The position numbers and the translations under genes were made by a program. From the NCBI GenBank assembly GCA_944358545.1, contig CALVRJ010000003.1, forward strand, positions 1 to 54,717: a DNA stretch of 54,717 nt, in the 5' to 3' direction. Positions 30,998 through 40,294 of this stretch are shown here, piece after piece. Numbering within the stretch: the stretch's first letter is position 1; every line of letters begins with the position of its first letter. Source of the DNA: an uncultured Bacilli bacterium. Lineage in GTDB: Bacteria > Bacillota_I > Bacilli_A > RF39 > UBA660. Under the pieces are notes generated by a model. The model made no database searches and had not been told where the DNA came from. It worked only from the letters and a program-made list of their open reading frames with translations.

Positions 30998-33059
30998 ATC
31001 TATGACGTCCTTTATGCTTATCTTCTACTTCTTCTTGCTCTTCTTGTTGTTTCCTTAAAGCAGCCATATATTGAAGTGGATTTTGATATTCGTTTGTATT
31101 TCCATTCATAATGTTAACTAGTTCATCAGCTATATTTGACGCATTTTGATCAGAGGTAACCACTGGTGTTGGAGTAACTGCCGGTTCATCATTATCAAAA
31201 ACAGGCATATTTGTTTCTTCTGATGGAACTTCAGGGATAGTGTTTACTATATTTTCTTCTGTAGCAACCGGTTCACTTGGTACTTCTGGAGTTTCCCATG
31301 AAGCTTCAACAGGTTCATTAACGTTACCAGCAAATTCTACCGGCTTTACAACTGTTACGTCTTCTGTAGCAACTGGTTCACTTGGTACTTCTGGAGTTTC
31401 CCATGAAGCTTCAACAGGTTCATTAACGTTACCAGCAAATTCTACCGGCTTTACAACTGTTACGTCTTCTGTAGCAACTGGTTCACTTGGTACTTCTGAA
31501 GTTTCCCGTGAAGCTTCAACCGGTTCATTAACGTTACCAGCAAATTCTACCGGCTTTACAACTGTTACGTCTTCTGTAGCAACCGGCTCACTTGGTACTT
31601 CTGGAGTGTCAGGCTTGTTTGCATGGCTTATATTACTTATTTCAGCTGCGGCATTATCTATTTCACGAAATTTTTCATTTGCCTGATTAAATACAGATTG
31701 ATAATTAGAAACTTTATTACGCAACTCTTCTATTTGTTTAGACAATTCCTCCAATTCAGTTTTGCGGTTTTGAAGTTCACTTAAAAGTTTCTTGATTTTA
31801 TCATCTTTATTCTGGATTGTTTTGTCTCTTTTTGCAATTATGTCATCTTTCTCAGCAATTTCTCGATCTTTTTGTGCTATTGTTTCATCAGCTTGTTCTT
31901 TTTTCTTAGTCATTGATGATAATTTGTTTTTTGTTTCTTTTAATTCATATTTAAGCTTTTGATTATTTTTTGTTGCCTCAAATTCTTCTTTAGACAATAG
32001 TGATGGCAATTTAACTTTACCTGCTGCTCTTTGACGAACAAATTCATCAAAATATTCTTCATAGTTTTGAAAGTCTTTTAAATCTTTTAAATCTTTATTT
32101 GGAAGTACGACTTCTTCTGCTACGACTTGATGTGTATTTGTATGACGTCTTTGTGGTTGAATTACTACACTAGGTGAATTATTTACTGATACTGGTTCAA
32201 CAGTTGATACTGTTTCAGTTGGTGATACTTCTGCTGGGTTAGATGCAACTTCTTCTGCTACAACTTGCTGTAAATTATTTTGTTTAGCAATCATATCGGC
32301 AAGGTTATCAATTTCTTCCCATGCTTTACTTATTACGGGAATATCATCAGGCTGCATATCTTTTTGACTATAATCATCTAGTGAAGCAATTATCGTATCT
32401 AAACTTTTTTTGTTTTCATCACCAATTAGTGGATTAGCCTTTAATTCTTGAGCTTTTTTGATATACTCTACTATCTTAGCTTTGAGTTTAGCTAAAACTA
32501 CTTCTTCTTCATTTTGCAAAGCTTTGCATGACATTCTATATTTCATATAAAGAACCGGATGTGGTACAGCATAAAATTTACGTTTTCCATAATTAATTGC
32601 AAATTTATTTACTTTTAAATCATTAATCTGTTTATCAAGTTTTTTGATTTGTTCATCTGTTTTTTCAATTTCTTCTTTTATTGATTCTGAATGATGTAAA
32701 TTATAATCAGCTTCTTTGCTTGCTTTTTTAGTACGTGCTTTTTTTCTCTCGGTTGTTAAGTCCTTTAATTTTCTTTCAATTTCTTCAACTGTTGATTTAT
32801 AATCAAATTTAACTGCGTTCTTTTTAACTATACGGGTTCGAAGCTTGCGGATTTTTTCGAGCATTTCTTTGCCCACTTTGATTGGATTATTACCTCTTTC
32901 AGTTGCTGTTACGTTTTGGTCTAAGTTTAAAGGTGCTGGTCCTTCATAGGCACCTGAAGAACGTCCTTCTTCAGCAGCCTTTTTTATTTCATCGGGAGTT
33001 AAACCTGTTTTAGTTTGTAATTCCTCTGGAGATAAATTTCTTGTTTCTTCGTTATTCAT
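30996..33059 (-). CDS. Hypothetical coiled-coil protein with acidic Pro/Glu/Val 35-aa repeats
   Basis: 687-aa ORF with two heptad-rich regions and a repeat tract; no obvious signal peptide or TM segment. Confidence 0.75.
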   Translation of the reverse strand: MNNEETRNLSPEELQTKTGLTPDEIKKAAEEGRSSGAYEGPAPLNLDQNVTATERGNNPIKVGKEMLEKIRKLRTRIVKKNAVKFDYKSTVEEIERKLKDLTTERKKARTKKASKEADYNLHHSESIKEEIEKTDEQIKKLDKQINDLKVNKFAINYGKRKFYAVPHPVLYMKYRMSCKALQNEEEVVLAKLKAKIVEYIKKAQELKANPLIGDENKKSLDTIIASLDDYSQKDMQPDDIPVISKAWEEIDNLADMIAKQNNLQQVVAEEVASNPAEVSPTETVSTVEPVSVNNSPSVVIQPQRRHTNTHQVVAEEVVLPNKDLKDLKDFQNYEEYFDEFVRQRAAGKVKLPSLLSKEEFEATKNNQKLKYELKETKNKLSSMTKKKEQADETIAQKDREIAEKDDIIAKRDKTIQNKDDKIKKLLSELQNRKTELEELSKQIEELRNKVSNYQSVFNQANEKFREIDNAAAEISNISHANKPDTPEVPSEPVATEDVTVVKPVEFAGNVNEPVEASRETSEVPSEPVATEDVTVVKPVEFAGNVNEPVEASWETPEVPSEPVATEDVTVVKPVEFAGNVNEPVEASWETPEVPSEPVATEENIVNTIPEVPSEETNMPVFDNDEPAVTPTPVVTSDQNASNIADELVNIMNGNTNEYQNPLQYMAALRKQQEEQEEVEDKHKGRHR
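31256..31607. repeat. 105-bp tandem repeat, about 3.3 copies, in frame
   Basis: GTAGCAAC units begin at 31261, 31366, 31471 and 31576; encodes (P/S)EVPSEPVATEDVTVVKPVEFAGNVNEPVEAS(R/W)ET. Confidence 0.95.
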
Positions 33060-33065
33060 ATATTA

Positions 33066-33338
33066 TCACTCCTCATTCCTTATAATATCACGCATAACAT
33101 CTTTGACTTCTGACCATTCTTTAGGTGGAATTGCTTCAAGTTCGTATCCATCTTCTGTTTCGGTAATAATTGACGCATGTACTGTTTCCATATCTTGTTC
33201 ATCCACTTCATTAAAAGTATATAAAATATAATTTTTGCCAGTTTCCTCAAGGGCGAAACACAAAAGTACCTCGGCTTCGGCGATTTCACCATTGGCTTTT
33301 TTTACTTTGATCTTTTGTAGACTTTCAACTTTTGCCAC
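33066..33338 (-). CDS. DUF1292-like small acidic protein
   Basis: EVLLCF...TGKNYILYT...EWSEVKDVM pattern. Confidence 0.7.
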   Translation of the reverse strand: MAKVESLQKIKVKKANGEIAEAEVLLCFALEETGKNYILYTFNEVDEQDMETVHASIITETEDGYELEAIPPKEWSEVKDVMRDIIRNEE

Positions 33339-33436
33339 TTAAGACCCCTCCATTCTATTTTTAATTATATCATAGCAGTTTTTTTTTGACAACAATTTTA
33401 AATAAAAGTATTAGAAGTTTTTGACGAATTTTATCA

Positions 33437-33709
33437 TTATTTGACGTTTTCGTGATGAGTGATTGATTCAACTTGAATTAAACAACTTGAATCTGGAGAC
33501 TTTATTTTATCTCCTTGCTTATGGCCTCTTAATAATTTGGCTATATCACTATTTAATTTTACGTTTAAAACGTTTTGTACATCTTTAGTTAAGCCAATTC
33601 CCAATTTCATTTTTTTGGGAATTAGGGCAAAAGGTTTATTATCAAATGGAACTTTATTAAAAATAAGAACATCGACTATATCACCTTTAGTTATTATATC
33701 TTTTGGCAT
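33437..33709 (-). CDS. Small protein resembling the GreA/GreB C-terminal domain
   Basis: ITKGDIV...SDIAKLLRGHKQGDKI...IQVESI resembles GreA VxxGSxV...SPLGxALLGxxxGD. Confidence 0.5.
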   Translation of the reverse strand: MPKDIITKGDIVDVLIFNKVPFDNKPFALIPKKMKLGIGLTKDVQNVLNVKLNSDIAKLLRGHKQGDKIKSPDSSCLIQVESITHHENVK

Positions 33710-33710
33710 T

Positions 33711-34094
33711 TTAATACGTGCTGTTATCTTTAATCACCTCTTTCACTATTTCAAAATTTTCTGGTTTTTCAATGCTTCCTTCACTAATGAAATCTTCGCC
33801 AGAAATAAATTTTAGAATGATTTTCCAATTTTCGTCAATGAAGTAATGACCATCATATGGGTATTTTTTCTGCCAAGATAAGATATGAAATTCTTTTAAA
33901 GTGCTTTTGATTATTTTAAAATCTTTGGAAGATAATTTTTTACCGTATATTTTCACTTTACCTGCTTTGGAATTTAAATATTCATCTATTTTAATATCTT
34001 TAGTGGTTAGATAATATATTCTTTCGGCATTTTCGGTAAAATTATCTTCTATAAAAATAATTGTATGAATTTCATCGTATAATTTTACACGCAT
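33711..34094 (-). CDS. Hypothetical protein
   Basis: 127-aa ORF with GGGAAG RBS, 1 nt from the next gene. Confidence 0.6.
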   Translation of the reverse strand: MRVKLYDEIHTIIFIEDNFTENAERIYYLTTKDIKIDEYLNSKAGKVKIYGKKLSSKDFKIIKSTLKEFHILSWQKKYPYDGHYFIDENWKIILKFISGEDFISEGSIEKPENFEIVKEVIKDNSTY

Positions 34095-34147
34095 ATGTTT
34101 ACTTCCCTTCTACAATTAGATTATACCAAAAAAAGAACATTTTTGCT

Positions 34148-34876
34148 TTATTTTTTGTTCTTTTTTGCTTCTTTAATTAAATTATCGAATAATATTTGAT
34201 ATTCATCTTCTAGTTCAGGATGGAACTGCATGCCAATTAAAAAGTGCGATTTATCTAAAGATTCAATAGCTTCTATTGTTTCGTCTGGGCTATAGGCAAC
34301 GGGTTTAAAATATTTAGAATTTTTTAAAATATTATTTTTTACAGAGTAATCGTGCAGGGAGGGAACGTTTAATTTTTCTTTTTTTAAAAGGCTATATAAC
34401 CGGCTTTTTGAATCTATTGTTATTTCATGTTTTGATTTGGATATTTGGCTTAAGTAAAATGGATTTAAATTATTATGCCCTACTTTCTTATCTAAAAAGT
34501 ATTTTTCGTCTTCTGATTTAAAGTTATCAGATATGTTTTTTATTGTTTGGCCATATGTTTGAGTGGCCCATTCATAAGCGACTAAGGTCTGCATGCCAAG
34601 GCAGATGGCCAATGTAGGAATTTTATTTTCTATAAGATAATTTACAATGTTTAATTGATAACTATCAATATTGGAACCACCTTCAAAGACAAGACCATCG
34701 CATAATTGTAATGATTCTTGGTTAAACTTACCGTCTGGATAGACAAGTCCGATTGGAATTCCCCCACTTTGAATAATTCTTTTAGAATAGTTATCGACAA
34801 ATGTAGTATAATTTTTAAATGGGCGGTCATATTCTTTGTAGTGAGCTGATACTAAGCCAATTACTGGTTTATTCAT
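34148..34876 (-). CDS. Peptidase C26 / PuuD-like class I glutamine amidotransferase
   Basis: QSGGIP, DGLVFEGG, AICLGMQ nucleophile elbow, MQFHPE. Confidence 0.9.
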   Translation of the reverse strand: MNKPVIGLVSAHYKEYDRPFKNYTTFVDNYSKRIIQSGGIPIGLVYPDGKFNQESLQLCDGLVFEGGSNIDSYQLNIVNYLIENKIPTLAICLGMQTLVAYEWATQTYGQTIKNISDNFKSEDEKYFLDKKVGHNNLNPFYLSQISKSKHEITIDSKSRLYSLLKKEKLNVPSLHDYSVKNNILKNSKYFKPVAYSPDETIEAIESLDKSHFLIGMQFHPELEDEYQILFDNLIKEAKKNKK

Positions 34877-35033
34877 AATTTTACCTCCTTATATTAATGT
34901 TATTCTTCTGATTTAATTTTAACATTTTTTTCATTTTTGTTAAAGGAATGGTTTTAAACAATAGATTTTTTGACAATTATATTTTATAATATTTTTATGA
35001 GTCTTAAGACTTAATGGACGGAGGATGCAGATT

Positions 35034-35918
35034 ATGAAGAAAGAAATTTTTAAGGGCGCTGGCACAGCTATTGCTACTCCTTTTGATGCAAACGGGGTTA
35101 ATTATAAAGCATATAATAGGTTGCTAGAATATCAACTACAAAGTGATATCGATGCGATTATCGTTTGCGGAACAACAGGTGAAGCGTCAACAATGGATAT
35201 AAATGAAAAGAAAAAACTAATCGAACATACTATTGATATTGTCGATGGCCGAACAAAAGTGATTGCCGGAACTGGAGGTAATAATACGAAAGAAGTTATC
35301 GAAATGTCAAAATTCGCTAGTAATGTTTGGGCAGATGGTATTTTAGTTGTAACTCCTTATTATAATAAGGCTACACAAAATGGACTTGTTGAGCATTATA
35401 AAATGGTAGCTGATAATGTAAATTGTCCGGTTATCGTTTACAATGTTCCAAGCAGGACCGGACTTAATATTACGCCAGAGACTTGTAAGAGACTTGCTGA
35501 GATTCCAAATATAAATGCAATTAAAGAAGCTAGTGGAAATATTTCCCAGGTAGCTAAAATTGCGGCTTTATGTGGCAATGATTTAAATATTTATTCAGGA
35601 AATGACGATCAAATAATTCCAATTTTATCTTTAGGAGGCAAAGGGGTTATTTCGGTTTTAAGTAATGTTATGCCAGCTTATACTCATCAAATGGTTATGG
35701 AGTATTTAAGTGGAAATATAGAGAGTGCAAGAAGAAGGCAATTAGAGGTGTTAGATTTAACGGAAGCTTTATTTTCCGAGGTTAACCCAATTCCTGTAAA
35801 GGAAGCTTTAAATCAAATGGGATTTGACTTTGGAAGTCCAAGGATGCCACTTACACCAATGGATGAAGAAAAAGCTAAGGTTTTAAGAAAAAGTTTACAA
35901 AGGCATAAGTTAATATAA
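35034..35918 (+). CDS. dapA: 4-hydroxy-tetrahydrodipicolinate synthase
   Basis: GTTGE, VVTPYYNK, YNVPSRTG, IKEASG, NPIPVK; start 35034 behind GGAGG. Confidence 0.93.
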   Translation: MKKEIFKGAGTAIATPFDANGVNYKAYNRLLEYQLQSDIDAIIVCGTTGEASTMDINEKKKLIEHTIDIVDGRTKVIAGTGGNNTKEVIEMSKFASNVWADGILVVTPYYNKATQNGLVEHYKMVADNVNCPVIVYNVPSRTGLNITPETCKRLAEIPNINAIKEASGNISQVAKIAALCGNDLNIYSGNDDQIIPILSLGGKGVISVLSNVMPAYTHQMVMEYLSGNIESARRRQLEVLDLTEALFSEVNPIPVKEALNQMGFDFGSPRMPLTPMDEEKAKVLRKSLQRHKLI

Positions 35919-35945
35919 AAAATATTGGAGTTTCCAATATTTTTT
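35917..35945. terminator. Bidirectional terminator
   Basis: AAAAAATATTGGA-GTT-TCCAATATTTTTT. Confidence 0.75.
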
Positions 35946-36829
35946 TAGTCTAATGTTATTAGTTCATAATCTCGAGAACCAACACCTAATTCAGCAGCCG
36001 CTTCAACAGTGTGAACACCATGAAGTGACTCGATTCTCTTAATTAATTTATCTTTTCCTGGGTCGGTACTGTTATAAACTAAGTCTAAACAAGCTTGGTC
36101 AACGGCTACAGGATCTAGGCTAGCTAAAATACCTATGTCTTGCATACAAGGTGCAGAAGCGTTTCCATCACAGTCACAATCAACTGAGATATTTTTCATA
36201 ACGTTGATAAACGCCATATTGCCTTTAAAATGATTAACAACACTTGAAGCAGCATCAGCCATTGCTTCTAAGAAGCGGTCTTGCTCTGGAAGGTTATTAA
36301 ACAATTCTTTTTGGTCATTTACTTTGCCGGCTGTATGAATTAGAGTTTTACCAGCAGATGAGGCGCAACCTATTGAAAGTTGTTTTAATGCTCCACCATA
36401 GCCACCCATAGCGTGTCCTTTGAAATGTGATAAAACTAACATGGAGTCGTAGTTAGCTAAATTTTTACCAACATAGTTTTTCTTTAATACTTTGCCGTTT
36501 GGAATGTCTAATTCTAAATCTGGTCCTTCAGCATCCATTAAATCAAATGGGAAGTATTTATCCCATTCATGGTCTTTGATTAGTTTTTTATGTTTTTCAG
36601 TAGAGTTTCTCGCACCAGCGTAAGCTGTATTACATTCTACTACTGTACCATTTACATGGTTAATAACCTCTTTAACAAATTCTGGTCTTAAATAATTTTG
36701 ATTACCGGCTTCTCCTGAGTGCATCTTGACAGCTACTTTGCCTGGTAATTTTTTACCTAAGGCTTCATATGCTTTAATGATATTTTCAGGAGTTATTTCT
36801 TTGATAAAATATACTTTTGATTTACTCAT
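35945..36829 (-). CDS. DUF362-family Fe-S protein
   Basis: VAVKMHSGE, VECNTAY, SHFKGH, GGALKQLSIG, DCDC, DPVAVDQAC. Confidence 0.88.
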   Translation of the reverse strand: MSKSKVYFIKEITPENIIKAYEALGKKLPGKVAVKMHSGEAGNQNYLRPEFVKEVINHVNGTVVECNTAYAGARNSTEKHKKLIKDHEWDKYFPFDLMDAEGPDLELDIPNGKVLKKNYVGKNLANYDSMLVLSHFKGHAMGGYGGALKQLSIGCASSAGKTLIHTAGKVNDQKELFNNLPEQDRFLEAMADAASSVVNHFKGNMAFINVMKNISVDCDCDGNASAPCMQDIGILASLDPVAVDQACLDLVYNSTDPGKDKLIKRIESLHGVHTVEAAAELGVGSRDYELITLD

Positions 36830-36926
36830 ATTTTCACCTTCCTACATGTATTATTTTACCACCTAGAGCTGACTTTATGTCAAGCTTTTTATTATTTATA
36901 ATTTAAAAGTGCGAAGTTTTAGCAAT

Positions 36927-37487
36927 TTACTTCACACTTTTATTTTTGATTTTTAATCTATCCAATTTAGAATAAACGTCATATAGGGCAACACTAGCGG
37001 CAGTAGAAACGTTTAGGGAATTAGCCATACCTAAAAGTGGAAGATGGATACAAACATCAGATAGGTTTAATAATTCTTTAGAAACACCATCGTACTCTCT
37101 TCCTAAGATTAAACAAACAGGTGATTTTGGATTAAAATTTCTATAATCTATACTATCATTTGTAACTTCCACTGCTACTATTTGAACGCCTTTTTGTTTT
37201 AATTTTGAAACTACTTCTTTAGCGTCTTCCACATATTCATAAGGTACCCACTTTTCAGCTCCTCTTGAACTGGATTTAATTTTTCTGTTTGGCATGTGAA
37301 TAGTATTTCCACAAATAAATACTTTTTTAACAAGTAATGAGTCTGCAAGTCTTAAAATTGTTCCAATATTATGGGCACATTTTAGACTGTCTAATATTAT
37401 ATAGATATCATTCCTTGGTATTTTCTTAAACTCTTCTCTCATTATTTTTTTCTCTCTGAGTTCTTCTTTACTTAGCTGGTAAGACAT
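36927..37487 (-). CDS. SpoU/TrmH-family RNA methyltransferase
   Basis: HNIGTILRLAD, ILGREYDGV, SLNVSTA. Confidence 0.9.
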   Translation of the reverse strand: MSYQLSKEELREKKIMREEFKKIPRNDIYIILDSLKCAHNIGTILRLADSLLVKKVFICGNTIHMPNRKIKSSSRGAEKWVPYEYVEDAKEVVSKLKQKGVQIVAVEVTNDSIDYRNFNPKSPVCLILGREYDGVSKELLNLSDVCIHLPLLGMANSLNVSTAASVALYDVYSKLDRLKIKNKSVK

Positions 37488-37503
37488 TAAAACACCTTCT
37501 TTT

Positions 37504-37932
37504 TTACATAGTTATTTTAAAAATATTACTTTTTATATCAATAATATTATCAATATTTATTTTATTATTAGATTCATCTGTAATTATTTTATTTATTTCA
37601 TCTATTTTCTTTATCTTTATATTTATGGTTTGATATGTGCCACCGCTTTTTTTTTGGTCTTTGATGAAGTAAGTAATTATTACTTGAGGTTTTGATTTAA
37701 TGTTTTCTTGGATAATGTTCAGTTTATAGTTTAATATGGATTTTAATCCTTCATCTAGTTCTATTTGTTTATCTGTAATTCTCGCGGTTTCTTTAATTTT
37801 TTCAGCGTAACCGGTTAAAGCAGAGAACGGAGCAAACTGGGCAGCCCGGTTTTCTAAAGTCATTCTGGGATGATTTTTAGATGTATGATGATGAAGGTTT
37901 ATGATATCTTTGTATTTATTCATGATGACCAC
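37504..37932 (-). CDS. YolD-like protein
   Basis: YKDIINL, RAAQFAPFSALTGY, ITYF...GGTY; overlaps the upstream Y-family polymerase. Confidence 0.85.
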   Translation of the reverse strand: MVIMNKYKDIINLHHHTSKNHPRMTLENRAAQFAPFSALTGYAEKIKETARITDKQIELDEGLKSILNYKLNIIQENIKSKPQVIITYFIKDQKKSGGTYQTINIKIKKIDEINKIITDESNNKINIDNIIDIKSNIFKITM

Positions 37933-39391
37933 CTATTTGTCTATTTCTTTCAATCATAGTTCCACCTTCTTCTAAGTTCATGCCTCTTAAAATCGAATTT
38001 TTACCAAATTTCTGTTTGATATTTAACATAACGTTTTGAAGTTTGCGTTCATTTTGTTCATCTTTTAATTCTAAATTTAATTCATTATTTTGATCTTTTA
38101 AGCTTGAAAAGAGATTAAACTGTTTATAGTTTTCTTTTGTGTTTTCTACTTTTTCACTACTTACGTTTACTGCACAGATATTTAGTCTTTTGACAAGCAT
38201 ATTTTTATTTACGATTTTATCATAAAGTTTTATAGAGGCATCCATGATTATTTTAGCTGATGAGGTTTTATGATCTAAAGTAATAGTTCCATGGGAATGT
38301 TTAGGTATTTTCCTTCCGTAATAGTCTATTTCATAATTACTTGTGTTTTGGCTTTTTATGTCATAACCTAAGGTAAGAGTTAGTTTGTCTGTAACTAATT
38401 TTTTAGAAACTAAATTTAAAGAGAGATTCTCAGCCATTTCTCTAATGATAAGTTTGGTTTGATTATAATCATACGGATACTGAAGGACTTGTCCTATACT
38501 TAGACTTTGAGATGATGGTTTATAGTTTTTGATATCTTTTAAGGTACATGGTTCATATCCCCAGGCGTGGTCGATTAAAAGCTCCGCGTTGACGCCAAAT
38601 AATTTATATAAAAGTTCTTCGTTTTGGACTGAGCAAAGGGCAATATCACCCATAGTATAGATTTTATATTTTTCAAGTTTCTCGGCAATTCCTTTACCTA
38701 CTCTCCAAATATCGGTTATTGGTTTATGATTCCACATTTTATAACGATAGTCCATTTCATTTAGGGCAGCAATTCTAACTCCATATTCATCAGCTTCTTC
38801 GTGTTTAGCTAAAACGTCCATGGCAACTTTAGCTAGAAAAAGATTGGTTCCAATGCCGCCTGTCGCAGTTATACCAGTATTATCATAGACGTCTTTTATC
38901 ATTTTTGTTACCAGTTTTTTGGGAGTTAAATTATAATATTTTAAATAATTGGTTAAATCAAAGAAGGCTTCATCGATGGAATAGACGTAGATATCTTCGC
39001 TTGAGATGTATTTTAAATAAGTATTATAAATTTTGGCAGAGATGTTTAGGTAATCTTTCATATGAGGAGGGGCTATAATAAATTCAAGTTCTTTAGTTTT
39101 GTCTTCAAGTTCTTCTTCGTTAAACGATTTACCTTTAAACGGTTTATAATTATTATTTTTCTTCCTTTGGTTATTTATTTCTTTTACTTTGCTTATTACT
39201 TCAAACAGTCTGGCTCTTCCAGGAATGCCATACTTTTTTAAGGAAGGACTGACAGCCAAACAAATTGTTTTTTCAGTTCTGGATTTATCGGCAACGACCA
39301 AATTGGTTTTTAGTGGGTCAAGTTTTCTTTTAACACATTCTACGGAAGCGTAAAAGCTTTTTAAGTCGATGCAGGCATAAACTTTTTCCAT
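37916..39391 (-). CDS. Y-family error-prone DNA polymerase (ImpB/MucB/UvrX-like)
   Basis: CIDLKSFYASVE, YSIDEAF, GIGTNLFLAK, WRVGKG. Confidence 0.93.
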   Translation of the reverse strand: MEKVYACIDLKSFYASVECVKRKLDPLKTNLVVADKSRTEKTICLAVSPSLKKYGIPGRARLFEVISKVKEINNQRKKNNNYKPFKGKSFNEEELEDKTKELEFIIAPPHMKDYLNISAKIYNTYLKYISSEDIYVYSIDEAFFDLTNYLKYYNLTPKKLVTKMIKDVYDNTGITATGGIGTNLFLAKVAMDVLAKHEEADEYGVRIAALNEMDYRYKMWNHKPITDIWRVGKGIAEKLEKYKIYTMGDIALCSVQNEELLYKLFGVNAELLIDHAWGYEPCTLKDIKNYKPSSQSLSIGQVLQYPYDYNQTKLIIREMAENLSLNLVSKKLVTDKLTLTLGYDIKSQNTSNYEIDYYGRKIPKHSHGTITLDHKTSSAKIIMDASIKLYDKIVNKNMLVKRLNICAVNVSSEKVENTKENYKQFNLFSSLKDQNNELNLELKDEQNERKLQNVMLNIKQKFGKNSILRGMNLEEGGTMIERNRQIGGHHE

Positions 39392-39408
39392 TTTTCTTCA
39401 CCAATTTA

Positions 39409-39437
39409 ATTTTACCACGAACAAATGTTTTGGTAAA
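39409..39437 (-). promoter_or_regulatory. LexA (Cheo) box inside the polymerase promoter
   Basis: CGAACAAATGTTTT at 39418-39431 fits Gram-positive CGAACRNRYGTTY; it lies in the spacer of TTTACC-17-TAAAAT (TGn extended). Confidence 0.8.
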
Positions 39438-39497
39438 GCTTTTTTACTTGGAAAATTTTTCCAAAAAAAATTAACTGAATATTTAATTTTCAAGGAC

Positions 39498-40253
39498 TTA
39501 TTCTTGCAGAAATAGTTCAGCTTCTTTTCTTATTGAGCAGGCTTTTTTAATAGCAAGGGCAGCAGCTTTTACAAGAATTTTATTGACTTCCCTAGCATTT
39601 TCAGGACATTTGTCTATACATCTCATACAAGAGATACATTTTTTAGGGTCGGCTTTAAAGTTTACAGGGTCAATGGCCTCAACTGGGCAGATTTTTGCAC
39701 AAATACTGCATTTAATGCATTTTTCGTTTGGTTTTGGAACTAAAGGGATTTTAGATGTTTTTTTATAAGGCCTGTTTCCAGGTATTTTAGCAATTTTATC
39801 TTGGTTTTTAGTTAAAATGTCTTTAGCAAACTCGGCAAGAATTTTTTCATCTTTTGCGTCTGGTCTACCAGATGCATATTTAGGAATTATCGAATGTCTA
39901 GCAACGGCAGATATTCCGGCGATGATTTTAAAGCCAGCATCTTTAGCAGCATCCTCCATCTCGGCCAAAGTATCTTCATAAGCCCGGTTCCCATAAACGC
40001 AGACGATAATTGCTTTGGCATTATTTCCATTAATTTGTTTAAGTCTTTCGATAGCTACTTGAGGCGCTCTTCCACCATATGAGGGCATAGCAATTATAGT
40101 TAAATCGTCTTGGATAATTGTTTGATTTTTAAAATTTAATTTAGGATTACATAAATCTATTTTTGTTATATCATCACTTAGATTTTTGGCGATAATACTA
40201 GCAACTTCTTCGGTCCTGCCAGTAGGACTAAATACTATTTTCTTTACTTTCAT
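39498..40253 (-). CDS. Flavodoxin-ferredoxin fusion (EFR1-like)
   Basis: FSPTGRT, PSYGGR, YGNRAYEDTL, two CxxCxxCxxxCP motifs. Confidence 0.9.
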   Translation of the reverse strand: MKVKKIVFSPTGRTEEVASIIAKNLSDDITKIDLCNPKLNFKNQTIIQDDLTIIAMPSYGGRAPQVAIERLKQINGNNAKAIIVCVYGNRAYEDTLAEMEDAAKDAGFKIIAGISAVARHSIIPKYASGRPDAKDEKILAEFAKDILTKNQDKIAKIPGNRPYKKTSKIPLVPKPNEKCIKCSICAKICPVEAIDPVNFKADPKKCISCMRCIDKCPENAREVNKILVKAAALAIKKACSIRKEAELFLQE

Positions 40254-40294
40254 GTTGTACCTCTATTATTTTAATTATAACAAAAAAGGATAGT

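Noticed and set aside
31256-31607. 105-bp repeats as a CRISPR array
   Set aside because: Whole units repeat with no unique spacers, they are in frame inside a CDS, and no cas genes are present.
34877-35033. Lysine riboswitch upstream of dapA
   Set aside because: The region is short, AT-rich and shared with a divergent promoter; L-box conserved elements are not recognisable.
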